A DNA stretch of 64,000 bases from an archaeon (GTDB lineage: Archaea > Iainarchaeota > Iainarchaeia > Iainarchaeales > JAAZKV01). Every line of letters starts with the position of its first letter. Within the stretch, counting starts at the first letter, position 1. Location: NCBI GenBank assembly GCA_041659525.1, contig JBAZYC010000001.1, positions 653,731 through 717,730 of the forward strand, written 5' to 3'. The translations under genes were made by a program, and so were the position numbers. Shown in pieces: positions 18,247 to 26,797 of this stretch. Below the pieces are notes generated by a model, which saw only the letters and a list, made by a program, of their open reading frames with translations, was not told the DNA's origin and ran no database searches.

Positions 18247-18586
18247 CTTCTTTTTGTCTGTGATAAATCATGGCTAAGTGTTCGGGTTCGTGTTGTTGCA
18301 AAATATTATGAATCGCCCTGTACTTTTCAACGAGTATTGGCCAAACGATTATACTATTTCCCGCTTTTTTTGAGAGCAAGAGCTTTTTTTCAGTGAGTTT
18401 TCTTAAATAATAGGCGTATTTTGTGCTTGCTCTGCGTTTATCCTCTCGGTTAGAGATTTTTTCTCTTAGTTCAATTGCTATTTCAAGTGGAGTAGTTGGC
18501 CAATGATTCAAAATGAAAGAGTAAATCTTTTTTTCTTTCTCACTAAGCTCGAGTAAATCTGGCATTGCAGAATTGTTTTTAGTCAT
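18230..18586 (-). CDS. Small winged-helix DNA-binding protein
   Basis: EKEKKIYSFILNHWPTTPLEIAIEL looks like a wHTH. Overlaps the V4R gene start, so the two are probably one operon. Confidence 0.5.
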   Translation of the reverse strand: MTKNNSAMPDLLELSEKEKKIYSFILNHWPTTPLEIAIELREKISNREDKRRASTKYAYYLRKLTEKKLLLSKKAGNSIIVWPILVEKYRAIHNILQQHEPEHLAMIYHRQKEGEKNA

Positions 18587-18673
18587 AACTTCTAAATTTA
18601 GTAATTAAGTAGTATTTAATACTTGGAGTTCTGGCATTGCAGATATTAGCCCTATTGCTTCAAAGACTCTATA

Positions 18674-19174
18674 TTACAGAATTTTCCAATACAATTCTCT
18701 ATCTACGAATTTTCCTTTATCAAAGTAATAATCTTTTAGAGTTCCCACTAACTTAAATCCGTTTTTTGTGAGAACTATTTTGCTTGCTTTGTTTTTTGGA
18801 TCTACTGTTGCTTCGCAAGTGTGAAATCCTTTTTGTTTCATAAAAGCTAATCCGAGTTTAGTAGCTTTTGTTGCAATTCCTTTTTCCCAAAACTCTTTTT
18901 TTACCCCATACCCTATTGAAGCCCGTTTATCACTTAAACTTGCTTTGTAAATATCAATCACTCCAGCACTTTCTTTTCCAAAGAGAATAATAAAATAGAA
19001 TTGTTGATTTTTCTCTGACCCGCGTTTTGCTCTTCTTATTTCATTTTCAGCATCAATAATGCTTTTTGGAATTAGTCTTTCTAAGTAGTGTTTTTGGTAT
19101 TCTTTGTCTTGCATTATTTCATAAACAAATTTTGCATCAGTTTCTTCTGCAAGTCTTAGAGATACTTTAGGCAT
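18674..19174 (-). CDS. GNAT-family N-acetyltransferase (RimJ/RimL-like)
   Basis: LRLAEETDAKFVYEI start and an acetyl-CoA motif-A-like GYGVKKEFWEKGIATKATKLGLAF. Confidence 0.75.
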   Translation of the reverse strand: MPKVSLRLAEETDAKFVYEIMQDKEYQKHYLERLIPKSIIDAENEIRRAKRGSEKNQQFYFIILFGKESAGVIDIYKASLSDKRASIGYGVKKEFWEKGIATKATKLGLAFMKQKGFHTCEATVDPKNKASKIVLTKNGFKLVGTLKDYYFDKGKFVDRELYWKIL

Positions 19175-19199
19175 AAGTAGAATAAGAAATAATCCTCTT

Positions 19200-19877
19200 T
19201 TAACTCTTGCTTAGGATTTGTTTTGCAAGTATTGCAAGGGCAGGTTCAAAGCAGAGTTGCTTTTTCTTATTTAAAATTGTGCAATCACTGTTTATGGTTT
19301 CTTCAACAAGAGTTTGGTTGCTCTCAATTAGTGCTTGTTCAAATAGTGCTGAAATAGTTTCATTATTTATTGTAGTAACTAAGGGAGTAATATTTTCAAT
19401 TCTATAAAGATCATCTAACCTTATCGCATAAGCAGTGTAATCAGCTTTTCTTTCCACAATTCTTTTTTGTACAAGCCCCCAGTTCTTTCTAACAAATTGA
19501 GCTAATTTTTTTGTTTGAAATAATTCTAGTTCCCAATTTTTGTTAATAACCATTGTCCAATCAGAATTATTCAAAAGCGATCTATTTGTTACTCTTATTT
19601 TGATTGTGTTTTTTCCTAAGGCTCCAAAAGAAAATTTTTGGTCAAGTGTAATTCCTTTGTATTCATAATCCACTCCAAAGTGATTATCTTCAACGTGTTT
19701 TGTTTCAATTGGAAGTGATCTTTTCAAAATTGATCTAATAGTATTTTGTTCTAAGCAAACAGGTTCAATATTTCTCATTTTTTTTCTAAAAGAAAATTTT
19801 CTGCAATTTTTTGCGCGAGATACTTCTAAGAAAACTTCTAGTTCAGGCAAAAAGGCGTTGTTTGATAGTTCAAACAT
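19200..19877 (-). CDS. Hypothetical protein, paralog of 19916..20653 (possible PD-(D/E)xK-like core)
   Basis: Shares the block GVDY...D.KF.FG.LG...IKIRV..R.L.N..DW with the neighbouring gene. Confidence 0.55.
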   Translation of the reverse strand: MFELSNNAFLPELEVFLEVSRAKNCRKFSFRKKMRNIEPVCLEQNTIRSILKRSLPIETKHVEDNHFGVDYEYKGITLDQKFSFGALGKNTIKIRVTNRSLLNNSDWTMVINKNWELELFQTKKLAQFVRKNWGLVQKRIVERKADYTAYAIRLDDLYRIENITPLVTTINNETISALFEQALIESNQTLVEETINSDCTILNKKKQLCFEPALAILAKQILSKS

Positions 19878-19915
19878 CGCTAATATATACGAACACTAAT
19901 TTATATTCTTTTTGT

Positions 19916-20653
19916 CTAGCGGTTTCTATTTACAGTTTTGTGAAAATTTGGTTTAATTATTATTCTTTTATCAATTCGGGTTTTTCTAAGAACTAATTTT
20001 GGTTGTTTGTGGTTTTGTTCTAATGGTTTTACATTTTTAATTGGACCTTTTTTCTCGGTAACTGGGCTGACCTTTTTTCTTTTGAATTGAATTTCTCTCA
20101 TTTTTTTTATTGCTTGAGCCAATCCTTCAGTAGTGAGTGGAGAAATTATTGGTTTAACTCCAAGGGTTGAATATAAGCTTACTAAATTTACTGGTAATTC
20201 AGAGTAACTTCCTTTGTTGATTACATTTGTTTTTGAAATGCTTCCCCAAGCAGAGTTAACATATTGTCTTAGTGCACTAGTTTGAAAAATATGGGCTTGG
20301 TTATTTCTATCAATTGCAAAAACCCAATCCGCTTCATTAATTAGTTTTCTTTCTCTTACTCTTATTTTTATTACTCCATCTCCAAGTAATCCAAAAGCGA
20401 ATTTTAAATCAATTTTCATGCTTTTTCTTTGTTTTCCAATAAAAAAAGTGTGTAAGTAATCTACTCCAGTCCCTATTTCTCTAGTTGGTTTGAGTGAGAG
20501 TTGTTTTATCATTGAGTTAAATCTTCCTCTTAAGTGATTTTGTTTTATTACATCTTGGTGAAGATTTACTTTTCCAACAGCTTTTCTTCTTGAATAAGGG
20601 ATTTTGGCTCTGCCATTACTTCTCATATTTTTTCTTTGTAAAGGTCTAGGCAT
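19916..20653 (-). CDS. Hypothetical protein, paralog of 19200..19877, with a basic N-terminal extension
   Basis: KFAFGLLGDGVIKIRVRERKLINEADW aligns with KFSFGALGKNTIKIRVTNRSLLNNSDW of the neighbour. Confidence 0.55.
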   Translation of the reverse strand: MPRPLQRKNMRSNGRAKIPYSRRKAVGKVNLHQDVIKQNHLRGRFNSMIKQLSLKPTREIGTGVDYLHTFFIGKQRKSMKIDLKFAFGLLGDGVIKIRVRERKLINEADWVFAIDRNNQAHIFQTSALRQYVNSAWGSISKTNVINKGSYSELPVNLVSLYSTLGVKPIISPLTTEGLAQAIKKMREIQFKRKKVSPVTEKKGPIKNVKPLEQNHKQPKLVLRKTRIDKRIIIKPNFHKTVNRNR

Positions 20654-20659
20654 AAGTAT

Positions 20660-21796
20660 TCACTCTACGAATTTTATTTTGCCAATTGATTTTTTTGCTT
20701 TCTCAAAATTTTTGTTAAAATCTTCATAGAATTTTGTAGCATAAGGTATTCCGTATTTTGCTTTGCATTCTCCGCACAAGTTCTTTCCGCCTACACATTC
20801 TTCAAACATTTGATTTAGTATTTTATCATCTTTGATGAAGTGATTTTTGCAGTACTCATAAACTATGCATTTTTCTATTTCTCCGCCCTTTGCTTTTTGT
20901 TCTTCTCTTGTAGGTCTTCCGCCTGTTAGGGCTTTATTGATTTTTTTCTCTATTAATTTCAAATCTTTTTCAGGGATTTCCAATTTAGCATTTCCTTCAT
21001 CATTCTTACTCATCTTAAATGAACCATTTAGAGTAGAAGTGTATTTGTTGTATATTGCACTTGGTAAAAAGAAACCATAATCTTGTTTTAGTCTTCTTGC
21101 CACATCTCTAACCATTCTAATGTGTGGTGCTTGGTCTATTCCAACTGGAATTATTCCCGGCATTTTTTCTTCTAATTGAGGATAGAGTATATCTCCCATT
21201 TGAGTAAAAGCACTCATTATTTTTGAGGGGTGCAAACTTCCATATATTGCACGAAATTCGTTTTCAGTTATTTTCTGAGAACAAATTGCTGCGAGGTTAC
21301 TTACTTTTTTGTTTTCGCTTTGTAAATAAAAATTTGTTTTATCAATATCAAGTCCTAGTGCAATGTATGCTGGTATGTGAAATTCCATTGCTCTTCTTTT
21401 TCCTTCTTCAAGAGATACTCCTCTTGTTGCTTGGGATTCTACATCAGCAATGAGTACAAATGTTTTTGCTCCGTGGTCCTGAAAGTATCTAATATTTTGG
21501 ATTACTGTTTCTGTCCCTAAGTGTATTTTTTCACTTGAAGGCATTATTCCGCTTAGAACATAAAAAGGTTTTTTGCTGTTTATGGCTGTCGCTATTTGTT
21601 CTAAATCTTGTCCACCAAAATTGATTCCTCTTCTCATTTGGAGATTTGGTTGGGGAAAAATGGTGTTGTCAAATGGTTGCATTCCAAATTCTTTTATGAG
21701 TCTTGAGTAGTCTTCCACGAGTGCTTTTCCCCACGGGTCAACGATTACTTCTTGTGCAGCCATTTTTTCACTTTCCTTTTCCTTTGTCTTTCGCAT
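20660..21796 (-). CDS. trpS: Tryptophanyl-tRNA synthetase (archaeal/eukaryotic type)
   Basis: VDPWG...DYSRLIKEFG N-terminus, an HLGT HIGH-like motif and FKMSKN (KMSKS). An alternative ATG at 21763 is possible. Confidence 0.85.
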   Translation of the reverse strand: MRKTKEKESEKMAAQEVIVDPWGKALVEDYSRLIKEFGMQPFDNTIFPQPNLQMRRGINFGGQDLEQIATAINSKKPFYVLSGIMPSSEKIHLGTETVIQNIRYFQDHGAKTFVLIADVESQATRGVSLEEGKRRAMEFHIPAYIALGLDIDKTNFYLQSENKKVSNLAAICSQKITENEFRAIYGSLHPSKIMSAFTQMGDILYPQLEEKMPGIIPVGIDQAPHIRMVRDVARRLKQDYGFFLPSAIYNKYTSTLNGSFKMSKNDEGNAKLEIPEKDLKLIEKKINKALTGGRPTREEQKAKGGEIEKCIVYEYCKNHFIKDDKILNQMFEECVGGKNLCGECKAKYGIPYATKFYEDFNKNFEKAKKSIGKIKFVE

Positions 21797-21882
21797 ATAA
21801 TCACTTCCTTTCCCTTTTTTAATTTCTCCTTTAGCTTTTTAAAAAGAAAAAGCGCTGGAGTTTGTTCTCCAGCTACTTTTTT

Positions 21883-23169
21883 TTATAGGTCTAACACTTT
21901 TTCGTATGATGCTAAATCAAGTACTCCGTTTCCACTCAAATTGAACACAATTGTTTTTCCATCATTTTTCTTTGCATGTTCAATTGCACTTTTTAGTGCG
22001 TGGCTTGATTCTGGCGCAGCAATTATTCCTTCTGTTTCAGCAAATAACTTTGCAGCTAAGAAACACTCTTTTTGGGTGTAGCTCTCTGCTTTCACTAATT
22101 TGTGATCAATTAGTGCTGAAATTATTGGAGCTACTCCATGGTATCTTAATCCGCCTGCATAAATTGCTTCTGGGACAAAATCGCTTCCAAGGGTGTACAT
22201 TTTCAAAAGGGGGGTTTGTTTTCCTGTGTCTCCGTAATCATATTTGTATTCTCCTTTTGTCATACTTGGTACTTCTGCTGGTTCTACTCCAATTATTTCT
22301 ATTTCTTTTCCTTTTAATTTATCAGGAATAAATGGAAGAGCTATTCCTCCAAAATTACTTCCTCCTCCGACACAGCCAATTACTACATCTGCACTCTCTC
22401 CAATTTTTTCAAGTTGTTTTTTTGTTTCTTGTCCTATAATTGTTTGGTGCATTAGTACGTGGTTGAGTACGCTTCCTAAACTATATACTGTATCTTCATT
22501 TTCTTTTGCTACTTCTACTGCTTCAGCAATAGCCATTCCTAAACTCCCTGGAGTATTAGGAAATCTTTTTTGCATTTCTCTACCAATTTTTGTAGTATCA
22601 CTTGGACTGGCAATTACTTTTGACCCGTATAATTTCATTATGGTTCTTCTTGCTGGTTTTTGATCATAACTACACTTCACTTGGTAGACTGTGCAATTCA
22701 AATCAAATAATTTGCATGCAAGTGAGAGCGCGCTTCCCCATTGTCCTGCCCCTGTTTCTGTTGTAACTTTTTTGTAACCTGCTTTTTTTATGTAATAAGC
22801 TTGTGCGAGTGCAGTATTTATTTTGTGACTTCCTTGCAAGGTTGTGTCTTCTCTTTTGAAAAATATTTTGCAATTCGTTCCAAGTGCTTTTTCCAAGTTC
22901 TCTGCTCGTTGTAACGGAGTGGGTCTCCCTACTTTTGCATAAATCTCTCTTACTTCTTTTGGAATCTCGATGTATCTTTCAGCACTCATTTCTTGTCCAA
23001 GTATTTCTTGAGGAAATATTTTTCCCAGTACTGATAGATCTCCTGTTGGGGGATCGAGCCCGAAAGGCAAATCCGCTAGCACGTTGTAAAAGTGCGTGGG
23101 TATTTCGTCTTTATCTAGCATTACTACTTTTGTGCCTAAGCTCTCTTTATTGTTGCCAGGCTGACTCAC
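21883..23169 (-). CDS. trpB: Tryptophan synthase beta chain, TrpB2 type (stand-alone)
   Basis: PLP-lysine motif SHKINTALAQAY, GGGSNFGG, and the TrpB2-type N-terminal extension IPTHFYNVLADLP. Confidence 0.85.
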   Translation of the reverse strand: MSQPGNNKESLGTKVVMLDKDEIPTHFYNVLADLPFGLDPPTGDLSVLGKIFPQEILGQEMSAERYIEIPKEVREIYAKVGRPTPLQRAENLEKALGTNCKIFFKREDTTLQGSHKINTALAQAYYIKKAGYKKVTTETGAGQWGSALSLACKLFDLNCTVYQVKCSYDQKPARRTIMKLYGSKVIASPSDTTKIGREMQKRFPNTPGSLGMAIAEAVEVAKENEDTVYSLGSVLNHVLMHQTIIGQETKKQLEKIGESADVVIGCVGGGSNFGGIALPFIPDKLKGKEIEIIGVEPAEVPSMTKGEYKYDYGDTGKQTPLLKMYTLGSDFVPEAIYAGGLRYHGVAPIISALIDHKLVKAESYTQKECFLAAKLFAETEGIIAAPESSHALKSAIEHAKKNDGKTIVFNLSGNGVLDLASYEKVLDL

Positions 23170-23246
23170 TTTTTTTATTTTTTTCTAAACTTTTTTCATT
23201 TTTCATTTTTTCATCTCCATGAATATTTTTTTTAATTTTTTTATGA

Positions 23247-23317
23247 TGGGGTTGCAGGGAATCGAACCCTGTTCTGAAGGTCTGGAGCCATCCGTACTGC
23301 CGGTATACTACAACCCC
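23247..23317 (-). tRNA. tRNA-Trp (anticodon CCA)
   Basis: Reverse complement folds as a cloverleaf: acceptor GGGGTTG/CAACCCC, D arm GTAT-ACCGGCA-GTAC, anticodon loop CTCCAGA, T arm CAGGG-TTCGATT-CCCTG, discriminator A. CCA is not encoded. One U-U mismatch in the anticodon stem. Confidence 0.85.
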
Positions 23318-23426
23318 CTTTGTTTCCATTGAATTAGTAGGGTCGCCAACTGAATAAGTTTAGTTTTGAGTTTGAGAAAGTATTAGGAAATAGAATTGTT
23401 TTAGAAAAAAGAATTGAGGTGAATTG

Positions 23427-23485
23427 GATTTTAGTCTGGAGCCTAAGCCTGGTGAGCCTATAAGTAGTGACTCCAGACAAAATCC
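23427..23485. other. 59-nt near-perfect hairpin in the tRNA-Trp / lysS intergenic region
   Basis: GGATTTTAGTCTGGAG ... CTCCAGACAAAATCC arms (one bulged A) enclose GCCTAAGCCTGGTGAGCCTATAAGTAGTGA, which contains GAGCCTA twice. Confidence 0.4.
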
Positions 23486-23676
23486 TTAAATTTCATAATA
23501 CATTAGTGTTCCTGATTATTATTAAATAGTCTGGGGACTTTAGTGTACTATTTTGTACATTCATTTGAATTTGGTTTAGTAAAAAGTACAATGAAAGGTG
23601 CTTTGGGTTAAGGGCACTATTTTGTTAGTTGCTTTAAAACCAAGCTTTTTTAATGTTTATTTGCGACTTATTAGTT

Positions 23677-25152
23677 ATGGAGAACGATTTAGTTAAGGCA
23701 AAAAAAGATAATTTGCGTAAACTCAGAGATAAAGGAGTTAATCCTTATCCTTACAAGTTTGAAATTACTGCTAAATCGACCGAGCTTGTAGAAAAATTTG
23801 TTTCTCTAAAGAACGAAGAAAAAGGACCCCAGTTTAGTATTGCTGGCAGAGTAATGGCGAAGAGAAGTTTTGGAGCAATTGCTTTTTTTAAAGTTGCTGA
23901 TGATTTTGGAACTATTCAATTTTTTATGAGAAAAGGAGAGACTCCTCAAGAAGTATTTGATTTAATGGAGTTCGTTGATTTAGGGGATATAGTTGGCGGA
24001 AAAGGTAGTGTGTATAGAACTCAAAGAGGAGAGTTATCTATTTTAGTTGATTCGTTAGAAATGCTTTGTAAATCAGTTTTGCCTTTGCCAGAAAAATTCC
24101 ACGGACTACAAGATATTGAAATTAGACAAAGACAAAGATACCTTGATTTGATAATGAATCCTGAAGTGAAAGAAACTTTCATTAAGAGATCAAAAATTAT
24201 TTCTGCTTGGAGAGAATTTTTAGATAGCAAAGGATTTTTGGAAGTAGAAATACCTACTCTTCAACAAAATTATGGTGGAGCAAGTGCAAGACCTTACACC
24301 ACTGTTTCTAATGCTTGGAAATCAACTTTTTATTTAAGTATTTCTCCTGAACTTTATTTGAAAAGACTTTTAGTAGGCGGAATTCAAAAAGTTTATACTG
24401 TTGGAAAGAATTTTAGAAACGAAGATGTGGATAAAACTCATAACCCTGAATTCACTATGTCTGAATTTTATTGGGCTTACTCTGACTTGAATGATATGAT
24501 GACTCTTACTGAAGAGTTAGTTGAGTTCGTTGCAAAAAAAGTTAATGGTTCTACTAAAGTTGTTTACGAAGGAAAAGAAATTGATCTTAAAGCTCCTTGG
24601 AAAAGAATTCAAATGCTTCCGGCTTTAAGCGAAAAAATTGGGATGAATGTTAATTCTCTTTCGTTAGAAGATTTGCTTGAAATTGCTAAAAAAGAAAAAG
24701 TAGAAATTGCAGAGGACTCAAAGAAATGGGGTCTTGTTGTTGCTGAATTATTTGATCACTTCTGGGAAGCAGAATTAATCCAACCAACTTGGGTAACTGA
24801 ATATCCTAAAGAAACTACTCCTCTTTGCAAGCCTTCAAGAATTGATTCTGAAAAATTAATTGAAAGAACCGAGTGCTATGTTAACGGGGGAGAACTTTGT
24901 AATGGTTACTCTGAATTAAATGACCCGATTTTGCAAAGACAATTCTTTGAAGAACAAAAAGACCAGGGAAGAGCTAAAGGAGAGAATCATCCTCTTGATG
25001 ATGATTTCCTAGAAGCAATTGGATACGGAATGCCTCCCGCTGGCGGATTAGGATTAGGAATAGATCGATTAGTAATGCTACTAACAAATTCTTCTACAAT
25101 TAGGGATGTAATTTTCTTCCCACAAATGCGACCTGAAAAGAAAACTGAATAG
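23677..25152 (+). CDS. lysS: Lysyl-tRNA synthetase, class II
   Basis: LRKLRDKGVNPYPYKF N-terminus, an OB-fold region, and class II motifs (FRNE, GLGIDRLVMLLT). ATG at 23677 is preferred over 23653. Confidence 0.85.
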   Translation: MENDLVKAKKDNLRKLRDKGVNPYPYKFEITAKSTELVEKFVSLKNEEKGPQFSIAGRVMAKRSFGAIAFFKVADDFGTIQFFMRKGETPQEVFDLMEFVDLGDIVGGKGSVYRTQRGELSILVDSLEMLCKSVLPLPEKFHGLQDIEIRQRQRYLDLIMNPEVKETFIKRSKIISAWREFLDSKGFLEVEIPTLQQNYGGASARPYTTVSNAWKSTFYLSISPELYLKRLLVGGIQKVYTVGKNFRNEDVDKTHNPEFTMSEFYWAYSDLNDMMTLTEELVEFVAKKVNGSTKVVYEGKEIDLKAPWKRIQMLPALSEKIGMNVNSLSLEDLLEIAKKEKVEIAEDSKKWGLVVAELFDHFWEAELIQPTWVTEYPKETTPLCKPSRIDSEKLIERTECYVNGGELCNGYSELNDPILQRQFFEEQKDQGRAKGENHPLDDDFLEAIGYGMPPAGGLGLGIDRLVMLLTNSSTIRDVIFFPQMRPEKKTE

Positions 25153-25267
25153 CTGCTGTAAAATGTTATTTATTTAGTTAATACTTTTTCTAAAAACTAT
25201 TTTTTTGTAAGTCAATTGACGAAAACAGCGTTTTGTTTTAAATACTCTAATTAGTTAATCAATTTTT

Positions 25268-25585
25268 ATGATTTCTAAAGAAAGTTTTGAAGAATATTTT
25301 TTTTATCCAACTGATTTTTGCATAGTTAATTTTTCTTTTGATTCAGATTTTGGGACTGTGTTTGATTTTGCAATAATTTATTTGCATAAAGAAGAAAACA
25401 ATTTGCTTGAAATTGTTCGTTTTGATTGTAGTAATAAAGAATCTTTTCACATGCACCAGTTTTATTTTTCAAGTAAAGAAGAAAAAAGATTTATTCAAAA
25501 AGAATTGTCTTTTGAAACAATTGAGTGGTGTTTAGGGGAATTAAGAGAAAAGTGGTTTAAATATAAACTTGCATTTGATAGATAA
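25268..25585 (+). CDS. Small hypothetical protein (possible toxin-like partner of the downstream HTH gene)
   Basis: 105 aa. The IVRFDCSNKESFHMHQFY His-rich segment only vaguely recalls DUF6516/TumE-type proteins. Confidence 0.4.
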   Translation: MISKESFEEYFFYPTDFCIVNFSFDSDFGTVFDFAIIYLHKEENNLLEIVRFDCSNKESFHMHQFYFSSKEEKRFIQKELSFETIEWCLGELREKWFKYKLAFDR

Positions 25586-25614
25586 AATTAAATATAACAT
25601 TGGTGGTTATATAT

Positions 25615-25971
25615 ATGGTATTTATGAAAAAAATAATAATCAAAATTGGAGGAAATATGGTTGAAGATATGCGTAATGCTTGGCATAATCCTGATGTTTT
25701 GAGAAATGGGACTCACACAATTTATGTTAAGAATGCTGAGCAAGCAAGGAATTTACTTTCTCCTGAACGAATTAATTTACTAAAGCAGTCTATTGAATAC
25801 TCTCCTCGTGCCTGTGTCTCTGATTTAGTTGAGAAATCTGGTCGTAAGCAATCTGCTATTAGTAGGGACATTTCTGGTCTTGAAGCAATGGGTGCAATAA
25901 AAAAGCACAAGAAAGGTAGAACTGTTTTCATTGAACCAAAAATCAACTCTATTGAAATAAAGTTTGGCTAA
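25615..25971 (+). CDS. Winged-helix transcriptional regulator
   Basis: ACVSDLVEKSGRKQSAISRDISGLEAMGAIKKHKKGRTVF is an ArsR/MarR-like wHTH. The start codon is uncertain (25600 TTG, 25615 or 25624 ATG). Confidence 0.6.
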   Translation: MVFMKKIIIKIGGNMVEDMRNAWHNPDVLRNGTHTIYVKNAEQARNLLSPERINLLKQSIEYSPRACVSDLVEKSGRKQSAISRDISGLEAMGAIKKHKKGRTVFIEPKINSIEIKFG

Positions 25972-26038
25972 CTCACAAGAGTTAATACCCTCTAGTCAGC
26001 TTTAAATACAAGGTTTGTATTCTATAATGTAGATTTGC

Positions 26039-26791
26039 ATGGCTATTGAAGAAATTATTCGAACAAAGACAGGTATTCAGGGCCTTGATAAAGCTCTAAA
26101 TGGTGGTTTTCCTCAAGGAAACGCTGTACTAATTTCTGGTGGAGCAGGAACAGGTAAATCTACTTTTTGCTTACAATACTTAATTAACGGAGCTGCTCTT
26201 TTTGGAGAAAAAGGACTCTATGTTTCTACTGAACAAAACGTTTCGGAATTGTATAAACAAGCTGGTGGATTCAATTGGAGACTAGCGGAACTAGAGCAAA
26301 GAAATTTAGTTAAAATAGTTTACTTTGATATTACTGGTGGGGATAGTTTCCTTGAAAGACTAAATACTTTAGTTCAAGAATTCAAACCAAAGAGACTAAT
26401 CATTGATTCTTTAACTACACTCACAGATTCTTTAATGGTATCAGGAATCTCAGACGACAAAGGCTTCTCAATGGTACAAATCGCAGAAACCGTAAACCCA
26501 ATCCCAAGAACAGAACAAATAATCAGCAAAAGCATTTTGTATAAATTATTTAAAGAAATAAAGAAATTTGGGTTAACGACTTTATTAACTAGTGAATTGC
26601 CTGAAGACCAAAAACAATTAAGTGCTGACGGGGTTTCTGAATTCATTGCAGACGGTGTAATAATTTTAAATGCAGTTCCTGTTGGGGATACTTTAAATAG
26701 ATCCATTTTTGTAAGAAAGATGAGATATAGTCACATTGATGCTGGTATTAAATCTTATGATATTGGGGAGTCAGGAATATCAATCGAGTAG
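26039..26791 (+). CDS. KaiC/RadA-like RecA-superfamily ATPase (single domain)
   Basis: GIQGLDKALNGGFPQGNAVLISGGAGTGKSTFCLQYL (Walker A) and LIIDSLT Walker B. Confidence 0.8.
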   Translation: MAIEEIIRTKTGIQGLDKALNGGFPQGNAVLISGGAGTGKSTFCLQYLINGAALFGEKGLYVSTEQNVSELYKQAGGFNWRLAELEQRNLVKIVYFDITGGDSFLERLNTLVQEFKPKRLIIDSLTTLTDSLMVSGISDDKGFSMVQIAETVNPIPRTEQIISKSILYKLFKEIKKFGLTTLLTSELPEDQKQLSADGVSEFIADGVIILNAVPVGDTLNRSIFVRKMRYSHIDAGIKSYDIGESGISIE

Positions 26792-26797
26792 ATTTAA

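Noticed and set aside
23147-23329. 60-aa minus-strand ORF from the track
   Set aside because: It reads straight through the tRNA-Trp gene (23247..23317) and the TrpB2 upstream region, so it is spurious.
23427-23510. Hairpin, considered as an H/ACA or C/D box sRNA
   Set aside because: The stem is continuous, with no pseudouridylation pocket. There are no properly spaced C (RUGAUGA) and D (CUGA) boxes, and the downstream ACA is not at a convincing distance.
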